DNA from: Candidatus Woesearchaeota archaeon | GTDB lineage: Archaea > Nanobdellota > Nanobdellia > Woesearchaeales > GW2011-AR9 | Assembly (NCBI GenBank): GCA_018696595.1 | Contig: JABHQW010000004.1 | Coordinates: forward strand, 1-52,255 | Direction: 5' to 3' | Length of the DNA stretch: 52,255 nucleotides | Program-made: the position numbers and the translations under genes | The notes under the pieces: generated by a model | Told to the model about the DNA's origin: nothing | What the model saw: only the letters and a program-made list of their open reading frames with translations | Databases searched by the model: none | Shown: positions 1-8,910 of the stretch, in pieces | Numbering within the stretch: the stretch's first letter is position 1 | Layout: every line of letters starts with the position of its first letter

Positions 1-354
1 AATATGTTCCCAACAAGCAGGTTTCTCAGTAACTATTTCTGTTACTGTTATATCCTTACCCGGAGCAATTGTTGTATCTTTACCTGGACTTACTGTCACA
101 TCTTTACCTGGACTTACTATTAGATCTTCACCAAAATTATCCATTACATCAGATTCTTGAATTTCTGAATAATTACTATTTTCTGGATCTCCGTTTTCGT
201 CCCCATTATCACATCCAAGCATAGGACTCATACTTAAAGCCCCCGCCAAACTATAAACCGCAATCTTACTAACTGCAGAATCTTTAATTCTTCCAAAACC
301 ATTCTTAACTTTACCTAAGAAACTATTTTCAATTTTACTTTCTAAACCATTCAT
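1..354 (-). CDS. Partial secreted/lipoprotein-like hypothetical protein (runs off the window start)
   Basis: Manual translation from ATG at 354 (GGAGG upstream): MNGLESKIENSFLGKVKNGFGRIKDSAVSKIAVYSLAGALSMSPMLGCDNGDENGDPEN...; hydrophobic segment ending LGC, then an acidic linker and PGKD repeats; not in the ORF track. Confidence 0.7.
   Translation of the reverse strand, partial: MNGLESKIENSFLGKVKNGFGRIKDSAVSKIAVYSLAGALSMSPMLGCDNGDENGDPENSNYSEIQESDVMDNFGEDLIVSPGKDVTVSPGKDTTIAPGKDITVTEIVTEKPACWEHI
46..117 (-). repeat. Three tandem 24-bp coding repeats (VSPGKDVT/VSPGKDTT/IAPGKDIT)
   Basis: Direct reading: ATCTTTACCTGGACTTACT occurs twice 24 bp apart, plus one degenerate copy. Confidence 0.8.
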
Positions 355-387
355 TTTCTTCCTCCAAAAATTAACTTAAATTTAACC

Positions 388-681
388 CTATAATCCAAAA
401 GCGTTAGTAAACTCACGCATTCTTCTGAACTCTGCCAAGAAACCAGAACCTTTATCTGTAAGAACAATAATCTTAGAAGCAGTTTTCTTTTTACGATGTT
501 CAATTTCTTGAATTAAAACTAACTCTTTACCAATTAACTCATCCAAGTAATTGTTTAAAAGTTTATGAGATAAGTTTGATTTATACATTAAATGGGTTGG
601 CTTAATAGTTCCACCCTTGTTCTGAATAGATAAAAGGATGTCATAAATCAGTTCAAGTCTTGATCTTCTTTTTGTAGTCAT
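388..681 (-). CDS. Archaeal winged-helix DNA-binding protein (HTH_45-like)
   Basis: RRSRLELIYDILL...KPTHLMYKSNLS...LTDKG pattern typical of small archaeal wHTH regulators; 4-bp overlap with the upstream membrane gene. Confidence 0.8.
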   Translation of the reverse strand: MTTKRRSRLELIYDILLSIQNKGGTIKPTHLMYKSNLSHKLLNNYLDELIGKELVLIQEIEHRKKKTASKIIVLTDKGSGFLAEFRRMREFTNAFGL

Positions 682-1385
682 CTTCTTTTAATTTGGCTGT
701 AAACTGAAAGTAAGATTAAGAATCCCACTAACAGGAATAATTCTCCTAAAACATAAAAACTGTCGAAAAGGAACACGAACACGAAAAAGATGTTACTTAA
801 CAAGATGAACAAAAAGCTAATCATAACTTTAAACGCATTCCTGTTTCGGTTAGTGTTTAGATAGTTCTTGTAATAGTTTAATACAGTTAAGCCAATAATA
901 ACTGCACTGGTTAAATAAAATACAAAGTAACTAAAATTAGCTACAAATGATATTAATAAGATTAAATATAGGAATAAAGCAATTTGACTTACTTCATAGT
1001 ATTTGTTTAATCTTGATCTTGATTTCTGTGAAACGAAGAAGATTAATAACCAACCGCCTAACATTGAAGCCATCTGTATAAAGAAAGCCCCCCTGTAATA
1101 TAAGTCAGAAAACTTAAGGTGGTTACCTAACGTAGGTTTCAACACTGTCATGACAGAATCTCTTACTGGAGTAAAGTATAATACTCCGTGAGTAAACATT
1201 TTAAAGAATAATCCTACTGATAGTAGAAGGAATGCTACTGAGAGGTATGAGAACTTGTTTTCATGACTAATTCTATATACTCGCCAACTATACGCAGCAA
1301 TCAATAGAGCAACAATTAGACCGATACCTTCGAATATTAAATCGAATCCGTTAAACCACTCTGGTGTAAAAAACAATTGATACAT
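678..1385 (-). CDS. Polytopic (about 7 TM) membrane protein of unknown function
   Basis: About seven hydrophobic segments; start moved to ATG 1385 (MYQLFF) because GGAGG lies just upstream. Confidence 0.7.
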   Translation of the reverse strand: MYQLFFTPEWFNGFDLIFEGIGLIVALLIAAYSWRVYRISHENKFSYLSVAFLLLSVGLFFKMFTHGVLYFTPVRDSVMTVLKPTLGNHLKFSDLYYRGAFFIQMASMLGGWLLIFFVSQKSRSRLNKYYEVSQIALFLYLILLISFVANFSYFVFYLTSAVIIGLTVLNYYKNYLNTNRNRNAFKVMISFLFILLSNIFFVFVFLFDSFYVLGELFLLVGFLILLSVYSQIKRR

Positions 1386-1528
1386 ATTTTCAAAACCCCT
1401 CCAAAGTAACAAATGAGCAGTTGCCTTTAAAAAGATTGTGGGTCTGCATTCTCTATTTACCTTCTATATGTATACTGCATAATCGATTTATAAGTAAATG
1501 GGTTTTCTAAGTGTAAGGTGATTAAAAG

Positions 1529-1648
1529 ATGACTAAAGATCTAATGGCGTTCGTTGCGGGATTAACACCAGAAGAAATTGTTTACTTATTATATTCCAGG
1601 CACACCACCTCCGTGCTATCATCACAGAAAAGTTCAAAACGTGCTTAG
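1529..1648 (+). CDS. Possible 39-aa small protein MTKDLMAFVAGLTPEEIVYLLYSRHTTSVLSSQKSSKRA (or a non-coding transcript)
   Basis: TTTATAAG about 35 bp upstream, GGTGA RBS-like motif, and a terminator-like hairpin downstream; no recognisable homology. Confidence 0.35.
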   Translation: MTKDLMAFVAGLTPEEIVYLLYSRHTTSVLSSQKSSKRA

Positions 1649-1663
1649 GCACAAACCTTCTTT

Positions 1664-1687
1664 CCGGGCTCGCGGGCTCGGTTTTTT
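1664..1687 (+). terminator. Hairpin plus U-tract terminator
   Basis: CCGGGC-tcgcgg-GCTCGG (one G-U pair) immediately followed by TTTTTT. Confidence 0.55.
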
Positions 1688-1705
1688 ATTTGTTAGAACT
1701 TTGAG

Positions 1706-1894
1706 CTAACCTTTATCCTTACTTCCTTTCTTTTTTTTATTCACTAAGATTAGGATTATAACTGCCACAAATAACACTAATGATAAAAGATATGTCCAGA
1801 AATTAATCTCAAGAGAATTATCTAAAAAAAACAAAATTAAAAGAACAATGAATGTACAAGTAAGAATCCATTCTTTATGTGTTATCTCTCTCAT
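1706..1894 (-). CDS. Small two-TM membrane protein (62 aa)
   Basis: MREITHKEWILTCTFIVLLILFFLD...VNKKKKGSKDKG; start moved to ATG 1894, 4 bp after the TIM-barrel stop, which avoids the overlap in the track ORF. Confidence 0.6.
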   Translation of the reverse strand: MREITHKEWILTCTFIVLLILFFLDNSLEINFWTYLLSLVLFVAVIILILVNKKKKGSKDKG

Positions 1895-1898
1895 CTTT

Positions 1899-4037
1899 CT
1901 ACTCAAATGGAACACCGCTCCAAAGTGTCCAGTCCTCTGAAGGAGAATAACCACCAAACGTAAAGTAAGGGGGTTGAGTCTGTCCAAAAGAACCGTACTG
2001 AACGTTACCCCACTGAGCTTTAGGAGCAGCACCAGAAGCGCCATAAATAGAACTGCCAAATAACTTCCAAGTTTTCATCACAGAATGGAACCCAGAAACA
2101 TCTGTAGTATAATCTGCACCAGGTTCAACAATCATCTCACCTTTGTAACCATGCTTCTTAAAGATGCGAACAATATCTTTAACAGGAGTGTTACCTTCAC
2201 CAGGAGCCAAATGATCGTCTTGGTAACCATAATTGTCAACTAAGTGTAAATGTCCGACTATCTTCTTCTCAGCAAGTTCTTCAACTTTACCCAACATCCA
2301 TTTGTCAAAATCTTTATCATTCTCATTAATAGTTTTGTTAGGATCACCTTGCCAATACTTTCGCCACATATTTAAATGTCCAGTATCAAAAGTAGCAACC
2401 AAATGTTGTTGTGCCTTATGCTCAGCTTCTTTAGCATCCATTCCACGTTGCATTAACTCTTGCTGCATTTTTTTACGTCCACCTTCAACCAAAGTCATTA
2501 ATTCGTCTGGATGAGAACCATAACTTTCAGGAAATAAGTTTTCCATCGCTACAGCAATAGGTTTTTTCAATTGACCTTGCTTTTCTAGACTACGAGTATG
2601 TTCCCAAGCATTCATTCCTGCTTTAGCATAAGCGTCAAAAGATTCGTCTAAAGCATAATTCTCTGCACTTTGTACATGCCGAATAGTTTCCATAGATTCT
2701 TCTGCCTGGGCCCATTGTGAAGCAGAAGCTTCTTGAGACTGGTTCATTTGTCTACGAAAATGAGAAAGTTCTTTCTCAATAACATCAGTGGGCATTTCTG
2801 CATCTTCAGGAACTAATCCCCTAGCTAAAGCCTGTGCTTGCTGTTTCAAACGCCATTTCTCACTATCATCAGTTTCACCCTCGATTTTCTTATAAGTTTC
2901 TAAAGCTACTTCTAACTTCTTAATTTTATCAATATAATCGTCAAACTGACCACCATAGTAATGGCCCCAACCCCTACTGTTAGCAGCGTTAGTTTCTAAC
3001 GTAGAAACAATATAAGCTTCCTCTGGCCGAACATTAATTTCATCTTTACTAACACCTTGTTTTAAAAATTTCATCCAGTAAGATTTTTTAAATTTGTTAT
3101 CATCATCTAATTTGCTTACATCTGGACTACCTGCACGAACCCAATCAGTATATTCTTCTTTTGCTCGTAAAGTCATCTGTTTAGCTTCTTTTTGAAGATC
3201 ACTCCAATCCATCTGATGAACTTTAAACTTCCCTTCCTTAGAATCATATTCAGGAACTCTATCCTCGTCCTTAATTCTATTGCCAAAATAGTCCATATAA
3301 ATTAATCGTCCATTTTCATCTTTAGCATTAGAAGCAGTTTTAGTTTGCCCATCAAAATCAAGATATTCTTCCCCTGCTTGAGTAGTATTCCAGATAGGAC
3401 GAGCAACTTTTCTATTTTTACGAGCTTCCTGAATAACTCCACCTGTCCTAGAATCAACAACTTTGTAAGAAGCCATCTCTTCTTCATCAGAATACATCTT
3501 GAATCTCTTATCTTCATTCCAAGAAGCGTCTGCTACCGGTCTTTGAAATTCTCCAGTATGAACAACTACAGGACCACCACGAGCAACATCAGCAGCAAAA
3601 TCTACTGCCCGTTTGATTTCGTTAATAGCCATCTCTTTATTTTGTTTAGAAAAGTTTCCTTGTTGATCCATTCCGGCTAATCCGTAAACACCAACAGAAG
3701 CGTGAGTAGTAAAATCGAATTTGTTAGCGGTTTGCATTTCACGTAAAGCTTGCCTTTGTAATTCCCCATACATTCCGGGAGTATGTCCTTGCGCAGAACC
3801 TTTACCAGAACCCATAAATCCTAACTCTGCAGTTTTTGAACCTGCCCGCATCTTCGCACTAATAGCTTGTACGTTCGGAACTGGACCTAAGCCAAGACTC
3901 ATTCCCACATCTTTAATTCCAACACCAACATCATTAGTAGAATCGTTACTAGGGCTAGGACTATTATCAAAATAACCTCTATCCATTGGAGTGGCATAAT
4001 CTCCGGACGTAAAATGTGTCCCACCAAACGTAACCAT
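1899..4037 (-). CDS. Endonuclease IV / xylose-isomerase-like TIM-barrel metalloprotein with a large helical insertion
   Basis: Motifs TTHAS, VVHTGE, AMENL, TFDTGH, HLHLVD, QDDHL, IVEPG match the AP_endonuc_2 metal-ligand pattern. Confidence 0.75.
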   Translation of the reverse strand: MVTFGGTHFTSGDYATPMDRGYFDNSPSPSNDSTNDVGVGIKDVGMSLGLGPVPNVQAISAKMRAGSKTAELGFMGSGKGSAQGHTPGMYGELQRQALREMQTANKFDFTTHASVGVYGLAGMDQQGNFSKQNKEMAINEIKRAVDFAADVARGGPVVVHTGEFQRPVADASWNEDKRFKMYSDEEEMASYKVVDSRTGGVIQEARKNRKVARPIWNTTQAGEEYLDFDGQTKTASNAKDENGRLIYMDYFGNRIKDEDRVPEYDSKEGKFKVHQMDWSDLQKEAKQMTLRAKEEYTDWVRAGSPDVSKLDDDNKFKKSYWMKFLKQGVSKDEINVRPEEAYIVSTLETNAANSRGWGHYYGGQFDDYIDKIKKLEVALETYKKIEGETDDSEKWRLKQQAQALARGLVPEDAEMPTDVIEKELSHFRRQMNQSQEASASQWAQAEESMETIRHVQSAENYALDESFDAYAKAGMNAWEHTRSLEKQGQLKKPIAVAMENLFPESYGSHPDELMTLVEGGRKKMQQELMQRGMDAKEAEHKAQQHLVATFDTGHLNMWRKYWQGDPNKTINENDKDFDKWMLGKVEELAEKKIVGHLHLVDNYGYQDDHLAPGEGNTPVKDIVRIFKKHGYKGEMIVEPGADYTTDVSGFHSVMKTWKLFGSSIYGASGAAPKAQWGNVQYGSFGQTQPPYFTFGGYSPSEDWTLWSGVPFE

Positions 4038-4101
4038 GTATAGAATTAATATATTATAGTATATAAAAGTTACTTAGGAGAATACAAGTGAAAGTGCACA
4101 A

Positions 4102-4184
4102 GTTACAAAGCCACCCTTGCCAATGGAGGCGCATTTTTTTGTTAGGAAAAAAATCTAAGGCGCCGTGCAGGGTGGTTTTGTAAC
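4102..4184 (+). ncRNA. Candidate structured RNA / palindromic element (family member A)
   Basis: 16-bp basal stem GTTACAAAGCCACCCT/AGGGTGGTTTTGTAAC (one G-U on +), GGCGC/GCGCC stem, ATTTTTTT/AAAAAAAT apical stem; core motif shared with 14486-14564. Confidence 0.55.
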
Positions 4185-4270
4185 AAAACACAATTAGTTT
4201 GACATTGCCCTTTGTAATTAAAGCTTGCCAGAGAGTAAACATTTTTATAATCCTTAACTATTCTCTCCAT

Positions 4271-4900
4271 ATGACTGAAGATTTGAGAAACCTTCCGCCT
4301 GAAGAGCGAATTAAGAAACTGAAAGAGTTAGAGAAGAAAAGGAAGAAAGAGATCGAAGAAGCTAAAAAGGGAATTAAAGAAAGTGAAACCGAATTAACTG
4401 AAAGAAGAAACTGGTTCGAGAAAGTTCCAATTCCACAAATTGCTCAAGATGATTTAACTGGATTAGGTAAAGACGCAAAGAAAATTCTTGAAACTCATAA
4501 AGGCGTTAAAGAAGAGAAAAAAGAATCAGTCGATGAAGTTGTTACTGAAAGTGATAAAAAAGAAATAGATTTAGAAGAGTTAGCCCAAGAAAGAGTTGAT
4601 ATCCCTTTTGAATTAATGCAATCTGAATATGCTCAACATCTTAGTCAGAAACCAGTCCAAGAATTATATGGCGAGATGAAAACTTTGCAAGAAAATGTTG
4701 CTGAGAAAGGTTATGTTACAGCAGAAGAACAACGTAAAGCAGAATATCTTATCGCGGGAATGGAAAACAAACTTGAAGATGTTGAAGAAGGATCTTATTC
4801 TTTTACAGAGAAAGCAGCAATGCGAGCAAGTTTAATTCAACAGATGGGTGCTAAAGTTACGGGCATGTACCAAAGTGGGAAATCAATGTATAAAAGTTAG
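4271..4900 (+). CDS. Hypothetical coiled-coil, acidic protein
   Basis: ORF with start moved to ATG 4271 (MTEDLRNLPPEERIKKLKELEKK), about 30 bp after TTTTTATAAT. Confidence 0.75.
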   Translation: MTEDLRNLPPEERIKKLKELEKKRKKEIEEAKKGIKESETELTERRNWFEKVPIPQIAQDDLTGLGKDAKKILETHKGVKEEKKESVDEVVTESDKKEIDLEELAQERVDIPFELMQSEYAQHLSQKPVQELYGEMKTLQENVAEKGYVTAEEQRKAEYLIAGMENKLEDVEEGSYSFTEKAAMRASLIQQMGAKVTGMYQSGKSMYKS

Positions 4901-4902
4901 TT

Positions 4903-6357
4903 TTACCAAGCGATCATTCTGTGTGCTTTCTTAAAGTTCCTTTTGATGTTAAAAGCATGGAAGGTGCAATGTCCAGTGATAGCCTTTGTTTCACATTTTT
5001 TAGCAGCTTTAATATGATCTTTAGCTAATTGTGCATCAGTAACAACCCCTGTACTACTTTTCTCTTTAGGTGTATAAAAGTCGCCAAAGAATTTCTCAGT
5101 AAAAGATTTCTTAGCAACTTCTTTCTTAACTTCTTCCTTTTTCTTAGTTCCTTTAGCTTCATCTAAATAAATATAAAGTTGTTCACCTAAAGATTCCATT
5201 GCTTCTTTAACAGAAGTTGAAACATCACCAATAATTGCTATCGTTTCTTCCTCTTTAAGAGCCTTATACGCTTCAACTTGTTTATCTGTCCAAGCATAAA
5301 CCCGAAAGTTCATTTCAAATTTACCGATATGTACCGGACCACGTTGATAACCTTCTTGAACAACTTTCATCTCTGGCCGAGTCCGATAAGTAAACGTCGC
5401 TAAAATACAACCATTAGCTCCACTTTTCCCAACAGGCGTTCTTTTACGAGTAAGAACTTCAATATCCAATAAACTCCCTTCAAAAGCAGAAATCAAATCA
5501 GCAGAACCCATATTCTTGTCATGCATAGTTAATCTGGCAACATGTTTCAAATAAGGTTTAATCCATTGCACATACATTTTAATGATTTGGAAATGTTGGT
5601 TCAAATATTGTAACATGAAAATCCTTCTATTTTTGTGTTCCTCATGGGTTCTCTTTTTCCATTCCATAAACTGTTTTAGGTGTCGTTGTAAAACTCTTAA
5701 CACATTCTTGTTAAAATCTACTTCTAAGCCAGAGATGTGTCGATCTAACTCATTGGTATTAGCAAAGACAGGGGCATCAAAAAAAAGATCAGGCAAAGTA
5801 ACAAACTCTAATTCCCTAGACATTCCAAAAACAGAAGCAGCATTCTTTGCTCCTCCTTGAACTAAATCGATAAATATCCCCTTCAAAGTAATTTCTGAAG
5901 ATTTGCTTCTTTTACCAATACTTTTACCTAATTGAGCAGCAGCTTCGTTATAATAACCTAACCGTTCATCAAGAATTCTTAATTCTCTAACCATCTGAAA
6001 TAATTCTTTAATCATTTTTCCAACTGTGGCCAGAAATTGAGAAACTTTATCTTGCTGTGCACCTAATCTTTGTTGAGTCACACCAAAGAAAGCAGAATTT
6101 TCTGAAGCTGCAAAAGAATCTTCTAATTTCTCAATAATTGGAAAATTCTCTTTAAAATTATCTAAAATCCAAAAATATGGTTCTTCTAAACTTAAATCAT
6201 AAGCCTCCATGGTTTGTTGATAAGACTTTAGAGGTTGAGGAAAACCAGTTGGACCATAATCTTCTTTAATAGTCTCTCTATGTTCTTCTTTATCAAACCC
6301 ATGTTTTTTTAATAGGGCTGAACGTGAACTCAAATCTGTATAATAAAAATTTTCCAT
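4903..6357 (-). CDS. Hypothetical protein (484 aa), no recognised domain
   Basis: Long ORF with natural composition and helical/coiled-coil segments. Confidence 0.8.
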   Translation of the reverse strand: MENFYYTDLSSRSALLKKHGFDKEEHRETIKEDYGPTGFPQPLKSYQQTMEAYDLSLEEPYFWILDNFKENFPIIEKLEDSFAASENSAFFGVTQQRLGAQQDKVSQFLATVGKMIKELFQMVRELRILDERLGYYNEAAAQLGKSIGKRSKSSEITLKGIFIDLVQGGAKNAASVFGMSRELEFVTLPDLFFDAPVFANTNELDRHISGLEVDFNKNVLRVLQRHLKQFMEWKKRTHEEHKNRRIFMLQYLNQHFQIIKMYVQWIKPYLKHVARLTMHDKNMGSADLISAFEGSLLDIEVLTRKRTPVGKSGANGCILATFTYRTRPEMKVVQEGYQRGPVHIGKFEMNFRVYAWTDKQVEAYKALKEEETIAIIGDVSTSVKEAMESLGEQLYIYLDEAKGTKKKEEVKKEVAKKSFTEKFFGDFYTPKEKSSTGVVTDAQLAKDHIKAAKKCETKAITGHCTFHAFNIKRNFKKAHRMIAW

Positions 6358-6405
6358 CTTATGCCTCTTTATTACTTGAATTACTTTATTATTTAATAAG
6401 TTTTC

Positions 6406-7032
6406 TTATTTTGAGCACTTAAAGAACCACAAACCTTCTTTCTCATAAAAATTAACAAAGAAACCAACACTCTCAAGAATAGAAACCCATTTAGAAGAAG
6501 GAAACGAATTAACTTCTTTCTGTTTCTGCCAATCGTTAACTTTATTCTGAGATAAGACAACCATTAAAGTTCCATTTAAAACTCTTTTAATTTCTCTCAA
6601 CAAACCCAAATAATTATTAACATAATTTAAAACAAATACTAAAGTCACAGAATCAAAAGACCCAGCACCAAAAGGCAACTCTTTTTCTAAGTCGCCAACA
6701 ACTTTCTTAACACAATTATCATTCCCTTGCAACATCTTAGCAGAGAAATCGAACCCAACAGATTTAACATAACTATAAGCACCACAACCTAAATCAAGAT
6801 TTTCTCCATTCTCTAAAAACTTAAGTTCTGTTGTAATTGCTTTTCTTTTCTCAGCACTAACTTTATGACCCCACATAAAAGCTTCAGCGTTCCAGAAAGA
6901 AACATTATCAGAAGGCCAACCTTTGGCCCAAGAAACCCCAGAAGCTAATTTCTTCATTTTACCTAAATCTTCTTGACCATATTGTAATTCAATTAAACCA
7001 TTAAAAAATTCAGTCTCAGGATCAAGTTTCAT
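6406..7032 (-). CDS. Class I SAM-dependent methyltransferase
   Basis: Motif I NLDLGCG, VVGDLEKELPFGAGSFDSV. Confidence 0.85.
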   Translation of the reverse strand: MKLDPETEFFNGLIELQYGQEDLGKMKKLASGVSWAKGWPSDNVSFWNAEAFMWGHKVSAEKRKAITTELKFLENGENLDLGCGAYSYVKSVGFDFSAKMLQGNDNCVKKVVGDLEKELPFGAGSFDSVTLVFVLNYVNNYLGLLREIKRVLNGTLMVVLSQNKVNDWQKQKEVNSFPSSKWVSILESVGFFVNFYEKEGLWFFKCSK

Positions 7033-7034
7033 TT

Positions 7035-8162
7035 TTAAAATAGAAGAACTGCTAAGTTAGCAAATCCATTAAGTATTAAGCCGCCAGCTAAATTGTCAAT
7101 CATTAAAACGAACACTAATAATAAAATCCTACCAAGACAAATAAAAACCTCTCTACTAACAAAGTAAGGAGCAGCATGACCACGCGCCTTATCATATTCT
7201 AAAGCCCCAACAGGAGATTCAAAAATACCGAAAGTTAATGCCCCAAAAATAGTTACTGCAAATACGTGCCAAACTTTAACAACTAAAGCACGCAAAATCC
7301 AAGATAATGATTCAAATCCTGCAATCCAACGAATAATTTTTCTTTTATCTATATGATCACTATATTTGCCAACAAATAAAACCAAACCCGCACTAATTGC
7401 AGAAAGTAAAAAACCCACTAACCCCAAACTAAAATAATCATTAAGAATATTAAAGATGAATAGTGGCCAAATAACCCCTGCAGCAATTACATGTGTCCCT
7501 CTTGCAACAAAAAATAAAGAGTTTTCCCAATGTTTTTTATCTAACATTGATCGTAACGAGAAATGATATTTAACATAATCTTCTTTACTTAAGAACAAGA
7601 AGAAAGCAGATAAAAACAATAATAATGAAGCCAAAATAAATACAATGTTAAACCCAACAAATTTAATTAAAAGCCCACCCAATAATGGACCAAACATAGT
7701 AGCAATAATAGTAAAAAATTTTCTTTTACCAAATTCTTCCCCACGATGTTTATGGTCACTGACATGTGCAAAAACTAGGTGCATACCCATCCAATAAAAT
7801 GCTTGTGAAAGCCCTAACATTCCAGCAATCACAAATAAAGGCGTGTTTAATACTGGCAAGAAGTAAAGTAACAGGACAAAAACTAAATAAAATGGGACCC
7901 CCAACAAAACCGAATGTTTCAACCCAGCCTGGGCAGCAAACTTAGCAGCAAAAGGAGTACTAATTGCAAAGATTGCAGCATAGAAAATAAAAAAGTATAA
8001 TGTTTGTTGTAAAGAAAAACCCCTCTCTACATAAAGATATAAAGGAATAAATAACCCAATTAAAGAAATTGCAAAAGATCTAATTGCTGAAGAGATGTAA
8101 ACTTGCGTTAGTTCCTTATGCGGAAAGAATCTCCACCAAAAATGTTCGTTATGATGCGGCAT
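7035..8162 (-). CDS. MFS transporter
   Basis: About 12 TM segments, GKYSDHIDKRK motif-A-like loop. Confidence 0.85.
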   Translation of the reverse strand: MPHHNEHFWWRFFPHKELTQVYISSAIRSFAISLIGLFIPLYLYVERGFSLQQTLYFFIFYAAIFAISTPFAAKFAAQAGLKHSVLLGVPFYLVFVLLLYFLPVLNTPLFVIAGMLGLSQAFYWMGMHLVFAHVSDHKHRGEEFGKRKFFTIIATMFGPLLGGLLIKFVGFNIVFILASLLLFLSAFFLFLSKEDYVKYHFSLRSMLDKKHWENSLFFVARGTHVIAAGVIWPLFIFNILNDYFSLGLVGFLLSAISAGLVLFVGKYSDHIDKRKIIRWIAGFESLSWILRALVVKVWHVFAVTIFGALTFGIFESPVGALEYDKARGHAAPYFVSREVFICLGRILLLVFVLMIDNLAGGLILNGFANLAVLLF

Positions 8163-8224
8163 AAATTATCACTCCTTTCTTTGATAAAATTTATAAAAGA
8201 ATATAAGTCTTTCTATTGTTGATT

Positions 8225-8317
8225 GGGCCCGTGGTCTAGTAGCTATGACGTCCGCCCGACTTTCATTCAATATGATTGGAACGCGGAAGATCGTGAGTGC
8301 GAGTCTCACCGGGCCCA
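8225..8317 (+). tRNA. tRNA-Val(GAC)-like gene with a 20-nt BHB intron (8262-8281); non-canonical loops
   Basis: Acceptor GGGCCCG/CGGGCCC+A73, anticodon stem TCCGC/GCGGA, T stem GTGAG/CTCAC, 5-nt variable loop; BHB central helix CCGA/TTGG and outer helix TCAT/ATGA; TTTATAAA upstream. Confidence 0.7.
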
Positions 8318-8379
8318 TTGTTTCTTTTATTATTTCTTAAACAGTTAGAAATATAAACAATAAAGATTTAATTAGTAAG

Positions 8380-8910
8380 ATGGACAATTATCAACAGCAG
8401 CAAAGTGTGGCGCAACAAGTTCAACCAACACAGACACAACAAATAGAACAGCCACTTTACGTCCTACAGCAAAACAAGAAAAGAGCACTAATTCCAAAGA
8501 TAACAACCCAAGTGGTCTTAGGGGCTATCTTCTATTTAGGAGTTCTGTTAAACATTTCATTGTTAAAACTAAGCGCTAGCAGTGAAACAGTAATAAAATT
8601 GGTAGCATTGATATTATTATTATTAATTGTAATTGTTGGAATTTTTTTGGCATTTCATCAAGCAAATCTTCCTTACAGATTTTATCGTAACAGGATTAAG
8701 TTATACAAAAAAGAAGTTCTTTACGTAAATATAATCAATACAAACCCAAAAATAGATTTCTGGGATAAATTTTTCAAAACATATTCAATAAAAATAGCTA
8801 AAGATAAATATATCCGTAATATCCCACAAACAGTCCAAATAAGTAACTATTTACAACAATTAATCAATTATGCAAAGAACTCTACTTCTTCACAAGGTAA
8901 TTTTCAATAA
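8380..8910 (+). CDS. Hypothetical two-TM membrane protein with Gln-rich N-terminus
   Basis: ORF; two hydrophobic helices followed by a basic soluble domain. Confidence 0.7.
   Translation: MDNYQQQQSVAQQVQPTQTQQIEQPLYVLQQNKKRALIPKITTQVVLGAIFYLGVLLNISLLKLSASSETVIKLVALILLLLIVIVGIFLAFHQANLPYRFYRNRIKLYKKEVLYVNIINTNPKIDFWDKFFKTYSIKIAKDKYIRNIPQTVQISNYLQQLINYAKNSTSSQGNFQ

Noticed and set aside
1895-2059. N-terminal extension of track ORF 1706-2059
   Set aside because: Overlaps the TIM-barrel gene in another frame; the plausible protein starts at 1894
4102-4190. H/ACA guide RNA or pistol ribozyme reading of element A
   Set aside because: An ACA follows this copy but not copy B, and no K-turn/K-loop is visible; the GTTAGG/CTAAG pairing resembles the pistol pseudoknot but the linker and P2 are absent
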